Assembly: GCF_006345805.1 (NCBI RefSeq)
Contig: NW_021833714.1
Span: 1-64,000, forward strand
Direction of reading: 5' to 3'
DNA from: Octopus sinensis
Lineage: Eukaryota
DNA: 64,000 bases
The notes under the pieces: generated by a model
Told to the model about the DNA's origin: nothing
Database searches by the model: none
The model's input: only the letters and a program-made list of their open reading frames with translations
Program-made: the position numbers and the translations under genes
Part shown: one piece after another, positions 12,031-26,426 of the stretch
How positions within the stretch are numbered: the stretch's first letter is position 1
How the letters are laid out: every line of letters begins with the position of its first letter

Positions 12031-12699
12031 AGGGAGAGTGAATGAATGATAATTATTGGGAGAGAGATAGGGGCAGAAAGAGACAGGGATAAATTGAGAC
12101 AGGTAGCGAGAAAGATTGAAAGAGAATGAATGGCTAACAGAGAAGATGTTCATGAAATGAAAGGAGAGAAAGAAAAATGAATACATAATACATAAACGAA
12201 GAAAACTGGAAAACTGAAGAGAGATGAGGAGTAATTAAACATTTCAATTATCAATAATCAATGAATAATTAATTAAGAGTCAGCGTACGGTGGCGGAAAT
12301 ACTGTGTCGCAGAAGACGGATAGGTTTCAGTAATATTTTAAAGACGCCATCATTGCTTAAACTACTTTCAAGAATGAACGGTTATTGTAAGGCAATAATA
12401 TTGTAATTTCCGTTTGTTGTTGTCTGCTTATCTTCCAATCTATCTATCTATCTGTCTGTCTGTCTGTCTGCCTGCCTGCCTGTTTGTCTATTTGTGTGTG
12501 TGTGTATACACTCACAAACATACATGCATACATACATATATACATATACGTATATGTATGTATGATGTATTAGAGTGGAATCTATAATACTTACTCACAC
12601 TAGAAATCCCAACATGCTTTTACGTGTCGTTCCAGTCGCCCTCTAAGACAAGACCTTTTTCTGGACGCTGAGAAGTTCTAGCGTTCTGGCTCTGATTAC

Positions 12700-13650
12700 A
12701 ACGACACTTAATCTGATAGCACAAGTCATACTGCTTGGTCACTACAAGGAATAGGGGTCCAATAAGATCTAGTAAACTGGTTAGAAAATGCGATTTAAGA
12801 ATGCATCATGTTCAACGTACTAGCATTGAAAACAGAACTTAATAATTTCGTAGACGTGAAACATGAAGATTGCATTGTTGCAGCTAAGTCACATGCACTT
12901 ATTCAAAAATAGCAAAGGCCGTTGGATGGGTCCACTGGTTGGGGTGCAACATGGCAACTGAGCAACATTTGGGTCGTTGATTGACCCTGATAAGTGCTTG
13001 TGATATTTGATTTCAGGCGACGCTTGCTGTTTTCTAGCAGTTCAATTTCCGGCTGTGTCTGGGAAGTAGGGGACCGTAGACAGTACATTTCAATGTCTAT
13101 CTGCATCAAAGTCTTATCCCGACTCTCGCCAGGAAAGGTAAAGCGAAAATGACGGCTGAGAACTGAGGTACTGAATGGTTGTGTGAGAAGTAAATTCCTT
13201 GATTTAGATGTCGTCTACGAGCTTTATATATACAAACCTGATTTGTTCACTTCAATATTAGCAGACGTCAATCGCAACTAGCAGTAGTCTAGAAGCACCC
13301 CACCCACCCCAGCTGCTTTAGCCAGAAAATAATAACGCTGCTGCGTAACAGTACGAAAGAGATAAAGAGACAGTATCCTCGATAATTTCTGATCAATATC
13401 TGACCCTAATGAAGGAAAATTTTGAAGCCAATCTTGTGATTTGGACTCAGACTTAGCGATTCCCATTTGGTCTCTTCTCGACAACCTCAATCTCAATCAA
13501 TATATTGTATTGAGGATCGCTTATAAACCTGATTTCGAGGTGACTCTGATAAATATAGATAAATATAAAGTGTCAGTTTCGAATGCAGCTGGATCCAGTC
13601 TCGTTTTTAGAAACGGTATCGCTTCCATGTACGGCAGCATTTTATAGAAT
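12700..13650 (+). pseudogene. Possible highly decayed CR1/L2/Jockey-type LINE RT C-terminal region
   Basis: Broken-frame remnants in plausible order: LQG..GP-like, W..TWQL, DPDKC (cf. FNPxKC), YI..ICIKV..RL, IPIWS. Many stops; weak. Confidence 0.3.
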
Positions 13651-14348
13651 GGGAGGGAATAACCTATGACTTTCATAGGCTCTCCGAAATTGGTGTAATC
13701 GATCTGAATGGTGTAATTTTTAACAATTTTTAAGTCGACGCCTTCAGAGAAAAAAAATCAAGGTTAGGGACCGGCATGAAAGGGAAATTATTTGTGTTAT
13801 TTCGCTATTTTATTTTTACGTTATGATTACTTCCCTTTATATTCAGGTTGATTTTGTCTTCTCCCTTTCAGAAATCGATAACACAATCTATCAGATAAAG
13901 TATTGGGCTGATAACCTGATTAAAAAAGCCCTCAAGGTCAGTACTCCAGCACGGCTGCAATTTGATGACTAAATGAAATGACAAAAATCATTAAACGGCT
14001 TTCCGTTGGTTACGACGATGAGTATTCTGCTGTCCCTTAACTTGAACCGTCTTGGCGCAGCCCTTTTGGTGTCGATGATTCGACGCTGGCTTATTTGATA
14101 TCACAGGTTTTTAATATTTCTCTCATTCTCTCCCTCCCTCTCACTTTCACAGTTTCTCTCTCTTTCTCTTCCATCTCTCCCTCTCTCGCTTTCTCTTGTG
14201 GATTCGAAACAGAAGGATTCGAACCAGAGATCTCGTGATTGCGAAGGCAAATTCTTAAACATTCGGTTAGAGAGCACTCACTCAATAACTAAAACTATTA
14301 TAAGAAGACAAGAATTAAAGAATTTAAACTGTCACAACAGATCAGAAA

Positions 14349-14402
<54 letters not shown>

Positions 14403-14468
14403 GATAGATAGATAGATAGATATAGATAGATAGATTAGATAGAACGTGTAGATAGAGCTATATATATA

Positions 14469-14506
<38 letters not shown>

Positions 14507-14523
14507 TATATCATAATATATAT

Positions 14524-14554
<31 letters not shown>

Positions 14555-14737
14555 TATATTTATATATATAATATATATAATATATACATATATATACATA
14601 TATATATACACATATACATATATATGCATGCGTATAATAGTATGTATGTATATAATGTACCTATATAGATGTTGTACATATATATATTATAATATATGCA
14701 TATGTATATATATATATGTACCTATATATACGTATAC

Positions 14738-14770
<33 letters not shown>

Positions 14771-15458
14771 TATTATATATTATATATTATATATATGTAT
14801 ATATGCATGTGTATGTATGATAAACATATAATTGTGAATGATATCTATATATACATATATATACGTATACATTATGGTTATATGTATATACATATATATG
14901 GGTGTGTGTGTGTGTATATGCGTATATATAGATGAGTATATGTGTATTATGTGTGGGTATATGCGAGTGTGTTTCTCTGTGTGTGTGCGTGTGTGTGTGT
15001 GTACGTGTGTGTGTGTGTGTGTGTACGTGTGTGTATGACAAAAAAATCACAGAATTCAATAGATAACGCACATCTCTCTTCTTGTAACTCACGTGTTTAG
15101 TGAATCGAAAAACATAATGAGAAGAAAACGAAATCATTTAAAAAACAAATCTGTTAAAAACTTTACTTTGAACATTAAAACTTGCAAAGAAATAATTATG
15201 GAAAATAGATTTTGAAACAGTCGTCTGTAGATGGCAACAAACTAGATTCCATATGATAAGGCATTTCAAAAGACAAAAGCAAAGGAAAGGTTTTTTAATA
15301 GGGAGTTGAAGCAGAGAATGAGGAGAGTTTTAAAGTAAGAAGAAAAGATAGAGTTTGCATTTGTACGTATATGTGTACTTATGCATGTATGTATGAACGT
15401 GTATGTAATATATATAATATATTATATATATATATAATATTATTCTATAAATACATAC

Positions 15459-15504
<46 letters not shown>

Positions 15505-15808
15505 TATATAAATACATACAGATATATATATATATTATATATATATATATATAAATACATACAGACATAATATTATATATATATATATCTATATATATAT
15601 ATATAATATGTATACATCATATATGTATGTATGTATACATATGTACTCACACACCTACATGCGTACAGATACATATTTAATACTGTGGAAACTGCATGTT
15701 ACGGTGACTTTAGTCTGATGTTTTCTTGATAACAATAGCCGGTTGAACAGTGGAGAAGCGCCCGGTCTAGAGAGAGAATCATACTGGATTATCAATTTGT
15801 TATATTAC

Positions 15809-15846
<38 letters not shown>

Positions 15847-15866
15847 ACACTTATATACATATACAT

Positions 15867-15903
<37 letters not shown>

Positions 15904-16006
15904 CATCGATACATATATATTTTCATACCCTCAATCACATATACATATAATGTATAATTCATTGTTTTGTTACTAGGAAGACCAAAACAAATTACTCCAA
16001 TCAGTG

Positions 16007-16047
<41 letters not shown>

Positions 16048-16861
16048 TGTGTGTCTGTGTGTCTGTGTGTCTGTGTCTGTGTTATTGTGTGTGTGTTTGT
16101 GTTTGTGCGTGTTTGCTTTTGTGTATGTGTGTGTGTTTGTGTGTGTGTGTGCGTGCGTGTGTGTGTGTGTATGTATGTGTGTATTTATACGTGTGTGTTT
16201 TGCGTGTGTGTGTGTGTGTGCATTCATTTCTGAATAGAGCCTGGGGTAGTAAAAAACGTTATTTTTTCTGGGTTTTTTCTATCATTTTCTCGTCCATATG
16301 CTTTTCCTCTTCTTTCAAATAAAATACACTTTTATTTATTTGTATCACCTACTTTTATCCTAAGGTCTTTATTCAACTGTCTGTATGTGTTTATTGTTTC
16401 TCATTGGAAACAATACTCAAATACCATCTCCCTCTCTCTGCCTGTTTATTACGCTATCGCATCCTGTTTTATAAGATGTATATATGTTTACATACGGTTA
16501 TACATATACTTATGGCTTGTTCATTAGAAAGATTAACAAAAGTTGTTTGCAATCTTATTGCTGATTACATATAACTCTTATATCTTCTATCTCTGAATAT
16601 GTATTTGTTCTTACTCCCCAAATAATATTCTTTGTTTTTTCTCTGAAGTTGCTAAATATGTTTATTATATATTGTTCTCCTTTATTGTTCGTGTCTCCCA
16701 TATTGTTTCCATAACCACGGCCATGGCTGTGTAGTTAAGAAGCACGAACTGGAATCACGTAGTTTCGCGTTCAGTTCTGCTGCGGAACACATTGGGCCAA
16801 ACGTCTTCTACTATAGCCTCGAGCTGAAAATGCAAGACGGTAATTGTGTGGAAATTCGGTG

Positions 16862-16907
<46 letters not shown>

Positions 16908-17633
16908 TGAGTGTATTTCCTTCTCCATTCTCCTCGCTCCTTTTGTTTCATTCCCTCATCCTCTCTCTTGTTCCTCTTCTCCTCTGCCTGTTGCTCACCC
17001 GTGACTACACGTCTCTCTGTCTTTTCTGGATTCGACATCCAGCCAGATAGACGTCAATTCTTTACCTCTCGATACTTTTTCTCTTCTACTATTTCATATT
17101 CTTTCAAAATTTCTCCCAGGCGTTACCCATTACAATTGGTTTTGGCCTACCGGACCATAATGCCTGTCTTCGTTCAATGTTTTCTTCCGTATGTCCACTC
17201 TGTTGTCGTTTGCTCGCTCGAAGCCCAAAACCTCTACAAATTTTCTATTTTAAAAATTTCTGGAGGCTGCTGTCTTATGAGGTTTTCCTGTTTTGTCGTT
17301 TCAAGCATGAAACGGGGAGTAATATCACAGTCGACAACAGAGGAGGGTTTAGACTTTTTTTTGTATTTTGGTCCGTACTTATCTCTTGTTGAAAAGTTTG
17401 CAAAACGCAACGAAGATTTTAGGAAAATAAAAATAAAAATTAAGTGGAAATTTTACCGGGGAGTGTGCTAAATAATAAGGCACAAAAAGAAAATGATTCT
17501 CCCTAGACACAACAGAATATGCTTCAGCACACGAACTCACATAAAGAATCTTGCAAACCAATCCACGAACGAAATATATATATATATATATTTCTAATTT
17601 CATTTATATATATATATATTTCTAATTTTATTA

Positions 17634-17675
<42 letters not shown>

Positions 17676-17815
17676 ATATATATTATATTGTGAGAAATTG
17701 ATTTAATATTTCTAAATTAAATTTTTTTCGCAGTAAGTTTGGATCTATATTCCCTCAAATAATATATATATACATATATATATATATATAATAATATATA
17801 TATATATATAGAGAG

Positions 17816-17855
<40 letters not shown>

Positions 17856-18004
17856 CACATATGCATGTATTTGTATGTGTGTGTGTATGTGTGTATATAT
17901 ATATATATATATGCGTGTGTGTCTGTCTGTCTGCATAGACCGAGAAATATATATTTAGATAGAAACAGACAGATAAACAGACAGACAGACAGACAGACAG
18001 AGAC

Positions 18005-18039
<35 letters not shown>

Positions 18040-18418
18040 GACTGACTGACAGAGTCGGGTAGAAACGTAGAACACGGCACATACATACACATTTACCAAT
18101 AAAGAAACATTTCAACGAATACTTTTGTTTGTGAGTATTGAAAAGAGATGGAATAGTCGGATGTTGTCTTTGAAACACCTTAGGCTACACATTCTCTATG
18201 TTGTAATTTCATTCTATTATTATTAACATCTGAATATGTGCAAGTCGTCGTTTTATTTTTGTTCTCTTCTGTGTTCATATTTGATGAACGCAGACGGAGC
18301 TCTTTATTTATACATACGTGTATTTTGAAAATTTGAAAATGAAGACGTGGGCATGGCTATATGGATGCCAATCTATCTCTCAATGTGAGTGTGTATCTAT
18401 CCATATATACATATACAT

Positions 18419-18469
<51 letters not shown>

Positions 18470-18670
18470 CATCATATGCATATATTCATACATTAATATA
18501 TGTATGTATATATGTTGTGTGTGTATGCTTTTATACATATATATGTTATGTATGTATATCTATATATATATATGTTTATGTAATATATTATATATATCTA
18601 ATATATATATATTTATGATATTAATATATATATATACAAAACCGACAGACAGATATATATGTGTATAGAC

Positions 18671-18701
<31 letters not shown>

Positions 18702-18704
18702 AGT

Positions 18705-18780
<76 letters not shown>

Positions 18781-19159
18781 CATATACATATGTGAATTTT
18801 ATAATATATGCGTTTGTGTATGTGTGTGTGTATATATGTGAGTGAGAGGGAGAGACCATGTGATTAATAACAGTACAACATAAAAATTAAGGACAATGGC
18901 TATGATGCACTCAATAATAGATAGAAGATGAAAATAATTTAGAAATGTAAGTATAACACCGAATTAATTGAAGAATTTAAACATAGTTTCATCTCTCTAA
19001 TTCTCTGATGTGGTGCTTTACAACATGTCTGTTTTTTCAAGCGGGTTGCCAAAAACCTAATCTTTCACTCCAAAACTCCTCTTTCCAAAAACTACTCTGT
19101 CCGAAAACTACTCTTTCACTCCAAACGTTTCTGTATCCGATGACATTTTGAGGCCTTCT

Positions 19160-20060
19160 GTTAGTGACTCGACATCACTTGAGAGCTGATCAATGTATGC
19201 TATTTGGCGTCGTCCAACATGAGAATTCGCTGAAAGACCTCACCCACATGAGAGTTCCCAGAGAAAGAGCTCACCCATAAATTCCCTTTTGCTTCGATAG
19301 CAGTGTCCAGCAAACCTTGTCCTCCGCCCCATCGAATGATTGATAAATATGTTGGGGATATTTCCAAAAGACTCTTCTTTCTTTTGATGTTGTTTCCATG
19401 ATTTGACAAGAACAAGTGAAAACGTACATGTATTTGTACCATCAAGCTTGCTTTATATCCTTTTTTACCAGAACCCATACTGATAAAAGCGTGGAGGCGC
19501 AATGGCCCAGTGGTTAGGGCAGCGGACTCGCGGTCATAGGATCGCGGTTTCGATTCCCAGACCGGGCGTTGTGAGTGTTTATTGAGCGAAAACACCTAAA
19601 GCTTCACGCGGCTCCGGCAGGGGATGGTGGTGATCCCTGCTGTACTCTTTCACCACAACTTTCTCTCACTCTTACTTCCTGTTTCTGTTGTACCTGTATT
19701 TCAAAGGGCCGGCCTTGTCACTCTCTGTGTCACGCTGAATCACCCCGAGAACTACGTTGAGGGTACACGTGTCTGTGGAGTGCTCAGCCACTTACACGTT
19801 AATTTCACGAGCAGGCTGCTCCGTTGATTCGGATCAACCGGAACCCTCGTCGTCGTAACCGACGGAGTGCTTCCACGCTGATAAAAGTGTAAAAAAAGAA
19901 CTGATTCTACAATGGCTCTGTAGAGTTCCCGTTTGTCTCTCAATCCCTTTCGGTCCCGACGAAAAACTGTCTTGATTTCAGATTCGATTTAATTACACAA
20001 CATCGTACTGTGTATTTTAGCAAAATATACTCGTGCAAAATGCGCGGCGCTTAATGCTTA
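19160..20060 (-). pseudogene. RTE-like LINE fragment interrupted by a SINE
   Basis: Minus-strand KRELYRAIVESVLF resembles the RTE-clade (L/F)xAxVESVLLYG motif. Split by the SINE at 19493-19877. Confidence 0.35.
19493..19877 (+). mobile_element. tRNA-derived SINE, family C, with 13-bp TSD
   Basis: Head GGAGGCGCAATGGCCCAGTGGTTAGG...GTTTCGATTCCC. TSD CTGATAAAAG(C/T)GT at 19480-19492 and 19878-19890. Second copy at 46699-47084. Confidence 0.9.
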
Positions 20061-20290
20061 TCATGATCTATATTCGCAAAGACGCATTATACTCGAGCGC
20101 AATCCAAGAGCACAGGCGTTGAATGAATTAATGAGTTTTATTGCAAAATCAAGTGCGATGAGCTTTATATTTGAGAATACATTGTACTCGAGAAGGAAAA
20201 GGCAACACGTATGTGTGTGTGTGTGTGTGTCTATATGTGCGCCAGTATGTGAGTTTGCGTGCATATAATATATGTGTGTGTGTGTGCGTG

Positions 20291-20323
<33 letters not shown>

Positions 20324-20469
20324 CTGCGCACGCATATATGGGTCTTTGTGCGTGTGTGCATTTATCTGTATTTATATTTGCCACGCTATATGTGTCTATA
20401 TATATATATAATATACATATACGTGTATGTATGTGTATATACACATATATATATGCATATATATGTATA

Positions 20470-20504
<35 letters not shown>

Positions 20505-20942
20505 ATATAATATATATATATATATACAGATGTATATATATATATATAGATGTATATATATATATATAGATAGATAGATGTATATATATATATACACAAA
20601 TATATAATTTATATACATATACATATATGTGTGTATGGATGTATACTTGAGAATAATCATTTCAGATATGAACAAAAGATTGTTATACTTCTGTGTGTGT
20701 GTGTGTTTGTATGAAAATATATATATATTTATATGTGATATATGTCATATGTGTATGAACAAATATTATATACATACACACATGCACAATCTTACACACG
20801 GACAAGGCGGATATACATATCAATACAGCTGTCCAAACATACACATTCCATATATACATATATATGTATGTATGTGTGTTTATACATATATATATAAGAA
20901 TATGTATATATACGTTATATATGGAATATATATATATATATC

Positions 20943-20988
<46 letters not shown>

Positions 20989-21535
20989 CATATATATGTA
21001 CATGTATGTACGTATGTATGTATGTATGTATGTATATTCATATATTCATTTCGAATATGAACAAAAGATTATTATAATATCTGTATATTATTTGTAACGT
21101 AAACTTGGGATAATGGCCGGGGCAAATATAGGAAGACTTAAACGATATTGGATGAATAACAGCTTTATAATCTAACACTTTGAATGATATGCTTTCGACA
21201 TACTATAGCACGAAATATCCACTAAATATATCAAGTTAGGAGAAAGAAAATATAAAGGAATTGGTTGGTGATGCTTATGGAAATAAACGAAGCTATGGTG
21301 ATGGTATGGACATTGTTTATGTTGAATTGTAGTACGATATGGTATGCGTCATAAGTCGCTAGCTTCTCATAAAAGATATTAGTATGCGAAGATTTTGTCA
21401 AGAGACAATGTTTTATGGGAATACGCATACATTCGTATACACCCCTGCTTGTTTGTGTGTGTGTTTGTGACGACGCGTATCTTAGTGCTTAGGGCATTCG
21501 GATTACAATCGTAAGGTCGTGAGTTCGATACTCGA

Positions 21536-23768
21536 TATAGCGATTTCAGATTACTTCTCATTGAGATTATCCCCCAGGTAACCTGAAATCGTTTTCAAGT
21601 TACCCACTGCAATTTCAGATTCCACCACTCCAAATGTTCGTCATCGTGAGAGCAAATAGGGAGGTAATGGGTGAACCCATTAAATATATGTGTTCATGTT
21701 TATTATGTGTATCAATGCGTAATGAGAATTTGTAAATGAAGGAGGAAAAGTCAGAGCTTACATTTAATTGGAGATTTCACATAGTTACTTTAAGCTGAAG
21801 AAATTTCAAAGAAGCATTTCTAGTAAGGCTATTTTTAGTACACAAGACAAAGCCGACAGCATTGATTTGATATTTGATTATGTTGTTAACAACAAATATG
21901 GACCTCATATGTCCAAAAACAAAAAGGCAAACTTACGTAGGCTCTCTAAGAATTATATTGCACAGAGTGTTCAAGTCTGCTATCGTGACAGAGCAGAGGG
22001 AATAAGAAATTCTGAAAATGAATACCGAGAAGTCTTGGTCATTCGCAAACAGAAGAGTATTATTGCAAGTATTCACATGGGCTGTGAAGATAGTGATACT
22101 GCCCGCTGGTTGGGAAGTCGTCTTGGTGTCGACAGAACAAGGGCTAAAATTTTAGAGAAGTTTTATTAGGAAAATGTGGGCAAAGACACGAAAGAGTTCG
22201 TTCTATCTTGTGATCGGTGTCAAAAAGTGAACCCTGTTCACAAAATTAATGTTGGAGAGCTTCATCCTGTCCTGGTGCCAAGTGAAGTGATAGTGCGAAT
22301 TGGTGTCGATATCACCAATTTGCCGAAAACAGATGATGGTTATTGTTGCATTGTTGTTGCAACGGATTACTTTTCCGAATGGCCTGAGACTCGACCTTTT
22401 GAAAAAATCGCACAGCGGAAAATGTGGGAATGTTTCTCTTTGATGATATTATTTGTTGGCATGGCTATATAAAAATTCAGATAAATGACCAAGGAAGCGA
22501 ATTCGTAAACAGAGTGTCTGAAGAACCACGTAAACTGACAGGACCACAGCAGCACTTAACAAGTGTTTATCACCCTCAAGCAAATGGCCTCGGGAAGCGA
22601 CAGAATTGCCCTATAACAGATGCTTTTATCAAAATCCCTTGAGGACCGTGGTAACTAGGTTGAATGCTTATCAGCAGTTCTGTTTGCGTATCGAACAGCC
22701 AAACATTCTTCAACATATTTTATCCCATTTCAAATTCTATACAACAGGCAAACTACACTTCCAGTTCAACTACAGCACAACTCAAATGCCAAAGATCGGG
22801 ACACTTTGGGGAATGATTAATTTATATCCAGAAAAAATTGATGTTATGATAGCTATTCGGGAAAGTTTGATTTCTCGAGTTGCTTCCAATATTAGAATAG
22901 ATCAGTCCGTTCAAAAAGAACAATGTGATAGAAAACACGAGCAACAGTATTGGGAATAATGTTCTGCTTAAAAACCTAATCCGAGAGGACAGAGAAGAGG
23001 GACATTTTACGGTACGCCGTACAAGTCCTTACATTGTTGCAGAAGTTTGTGGCAAAAATACCTATCGACTTTCAAATAACAATAAGGTACTAGGAAAGAA
23101 AGTAAACGTTACCAACCTTATTTGATATATAGTGCAACCACCAGCAAGTAAAAAACAAACGAAGAACCAATTACGAAAATCAAGACACCCAAGCTCCAAA
23201 AAACAAGACAAAACTGCAGTGATATTTTAATTTATTTAAATACATTTCGCTACCAGTTTAAAGTGTATAGCTAAATGTCGGTTTGTATATAAAACACATG
23301 TCGTTCTTCAAATCAATATTATATCAATCGTTACATTCTGTCAACTCAACTCAGTCTACTATAAACAACACCTGTCTGCTACATATCTATAGAAGAAAAG
23401 TACTTTCCAAATCACTTTCTCATAAACAAAAAAAATGTTTTTATTTTTTAAAACATACAAACAGAGAATCTCTGATATGCGACATGTGTTTTTTCAGTAC
23501 ATCATAAAAGGGTTTTTTTAAAAATCTAATATATTTATCTTATTTTTATATCTTATATATTTTACAATCTTGAATGTAAATATAAATATAAATATTATAT
23601 TTTATAATCTTGAATGTAATCCGTGTTTAATGTTATAAAAACATTAGGAGTTGTAAGTCTTATAATTTATTATTTTAGCAAAACCATTGTGGTTGTAAGG
23701 TGACCAGCGCAGGAGTAATTTGAAATCGGTTTCAGGTTAAGTCCCACACCGCCCCGGTAATCACTACA
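21536..23768 (+). mobile_element. Decayed Ginger1/GIN-type DNA transposon (Gypsy-like integrase, no RT)
   Basis: Imperfect inverted ends: TATAGCGATT at 21536 vs right-end reverse complement TGTAGTGATT, and TAACCTGAAATCGTTTTCAAGTTAC (about 21579) vs reverse complement of about 23712-23739. The integrase relic lies between them. No convincing TSD. Confidence 0.65.
21768..23125 (+). pseudogene. Ginger1/GIN1-like DDE integrase pseudogene
   Basis: Ordered motifs across stops and frameshifts: N-terminal YVVNNKYG..SKNKKANLRRLSKNY; zinc-binding H...C(D)RC; rve core IGVDIT..VATDYFSEW, NDQGSEF, TSVYHPQANG; GPY/F-like C-terminus VLLKN...SPYIV..VCGKNTYRL. Confidence 0.85.
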
Positions 23769-24018
23769 CTTTCTGCAACTTTTCGTAGGCCTCTGAACAG
23801 ATATTGCCATGACAATGAGACGATCACACGCTAGACACGTTCCTTCCAAGCACTACTGTCAACAGCAGAAGTGAGCTGCAACGTTAAAACTTAGTTTGCA
23901 TGCACAGCTGAGTTCAAGGTCAATCTGTACCCAAGCATCTATATTCTGCATGCTTTAGCTTCTTTACTATGGCTACAGTCCGGATACTTATTGATCAAAC
24001 CTCGTATATATATATGTA

Positions 24019-24084
<66 letters not shown>

Positions 24085-25134
24085 TCAGTTAAAGTAGCAC
24101 AGACGCACACACAAATGCGCTCACATATATGCATACATCGACATATGCATAGCCACACGCTTTCTCTCTATCAAATTTACTCATATAGCACTGGTCTGCT
24201 CAGGGCTATTAATAGAAGACACTTGCCCAAGGTGCCGTGCAATGGAACTGAACCAGAAACCACGTGGTTACAAAACGAGCTTCTTTATCACAGAGTCATT
24301 TATGCATGTATATGTACACACACATACACACACACAGACATGCATGCATACATACATTAATATCTACATGTGTATGTATATATTTCTCTTTATGATTCAA
24401 TTTAATTAGAGCATTAAACTAATTACTGTTATAATTAAGGTCAAAGAAAATCCTCCATATTTCGCTTTCTTCTACAACTGCTAATTTACATAATTTATGG
24501 AAATTAGTTACACTGTATGCATGATGTCGTCGGCAAATCACGTTCTCTTACATTCAGATTAAATATTATTTAAATATTCACACACAAGCTTAATATAATT
24601 TTAAATCACTCAGACCTGCGATTCAAATATTGATCAATCATTTAGTCACTCATATTTGATTTGGTAAACATTATTCTCTAACTGGTGGCATTCTAAGCAC
24701 ACTGACCGTTCAACAGAACTTTGTTTGTGCATTCAATTTATTCTGTGTTAAAGGCTGAGATACCAGACCTGACGACACACTTCTAGTTTTGACCTTTAAC
24801 CAAAACGAGATTTTAACTTAAATGAATAAATAAACGCTGCTTCCGGTGTTGTTTACGTCATGAAACTTTCGTGAGATATGAAGTAAATTGTTTTTAACGG
24901 CGAATCTCTCGAAGATTCTAGTTATTATGGCATAAACAGCATACAGATCTCGCTGGTAAGAACAAAGCTTCTAAGATGGATGGAAAATAATTTGAATTGT
25001 TTCTTTGGTATACTGGTAGCACATCTGTCACGTCCACAGAAGATGTGGGTTCGAGACTTCCATACAGCCTTCGACTTACCCTCACCATCTAATGAGATTT
25101 TAACCCAATCTTCTGCATGACATTATTTATAGCT

Positions 25135-25720
25135 TCAAAGGTCGACTTTGCCTTCCATCCTTTCCGGATCGATAAATTAAGTACATGTTGCGTACTGGGA
25201 TCGATCTAATCGATTTCCCTTCCCCAAAATTTCAGGCCTTGTGCCTCTAGTAGAAAAGATTATTTGTGGCTTCAAAGGTGGCGAGCTGGCAGAATCGTTA
25301 GCACACTGGGGAAAATGCTTAGCGGCATTTCGTCCGTCTTCACGTTCTGAGTTCAAATTCCACCGAGGATCGCTTTGCCTTTCATCCTTTGGGGTCGGTA
25401 AAATAAGTACCAGTGAAACACTGGGGTCGACTTATACCCTTCCTCGAAATTACTGGCCTTGTGCCAAAATTTGAAAACGCTATTTATAGCTTTAACTAAG
25501 ACGGCGAGCTGGCAGAATCGTTACCGCACTGAAAAAAAAGTGCTTAGCAGCATTTCTTCCGACTCGGCGTCCTGAGTTCAAATACGACCGGAGTCGATTT
25601 TGCCTTTCAGCCTTTCTGGGTCAATAAAATGAGTAACACTGGAGCACTGGAATCGATGTAATCGACTTACGCCATCCCCTGAAATTGCTGGCCTTGTGCC
25701 AAAATTCGAAGTCATTATTT
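25135..25720 (+). mobile_element. Three adjacent SINE family A copies (alternative A2 tail)
   Basis: Repeated heads GGCGAGCTGGCAGAATCGTT and tails GCCTTGTGCC(T/A)... Confidence 0.85.
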
Positions 25721-26426
25721 GTAGCTTCATCTACTTCGAGTCCTTCGACCAATCTATATATTGAAAGAATGTTTGATTCGTTTCTTCACCCACAATGGTT
25801 ATGCGCCTCAGTCGTGCGATGGATTGAATTACATCTCATTTTCATAATAGGCAAGTAGTTGAATATTCTTAGCATAGATGTACCAATGACGTAATTCTCA
25901 AATTCAATCAGCGGGATGCTGTGTGCGACAGGGCTGGAAATATGAACTACGATATGAATCTACTCGATGAGCTTCTACACGGTTTCAAATCCCACCGAGG
26001 CTAACTTTTTGTGATTGGAAAAAGAAAGCGCATCGAACCAAGACGAGGGAAAGACAGAACTGTTAGAATGTCAAGGTGAGTGCCCTGCGGTATTTGTCCG
26101 GCTTTTGGTTATCTGGGAGTAACGCCTGCGGTGACCTTGGTACTAAGCTGTATTAGTCCTTGATTTGTCTTACTTTGGTGCTTCGTTTGCTTTATTTTGC
26201 CTATGACAATACCAGTGATATCAGAGGGGTGATTCAAATTGATGGGAAGCTGCTGAATTTCCGCAATAATAAACTTTATTTTAATCACGTGCATGCACGT
26301 ACAGATATATTGTCAACCAGGAGTGACGAAGATCTTTGATGAAGCTAGTAATATTTTCTTGAAACCTGTGTACGAGCCAATGAGGGAGTCTCTACGTGTG
26401 TACCAATAATATTTACATGAAATCAA

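Noticed and set aside
21768-23125. Gypsy LTR retrotransposon
   Set aside because: No RT, RNaseH, gag or LTRs nearby; inverted ends and the N-terminal motif favour Ginger.
24769-24775. CTGACGA word
   Set aside because: No downstream stem II-GAAA.
26040-26085. AAG|GTGAGT splice donor
   Set aside because: Lies within a decayed SINE-A head.
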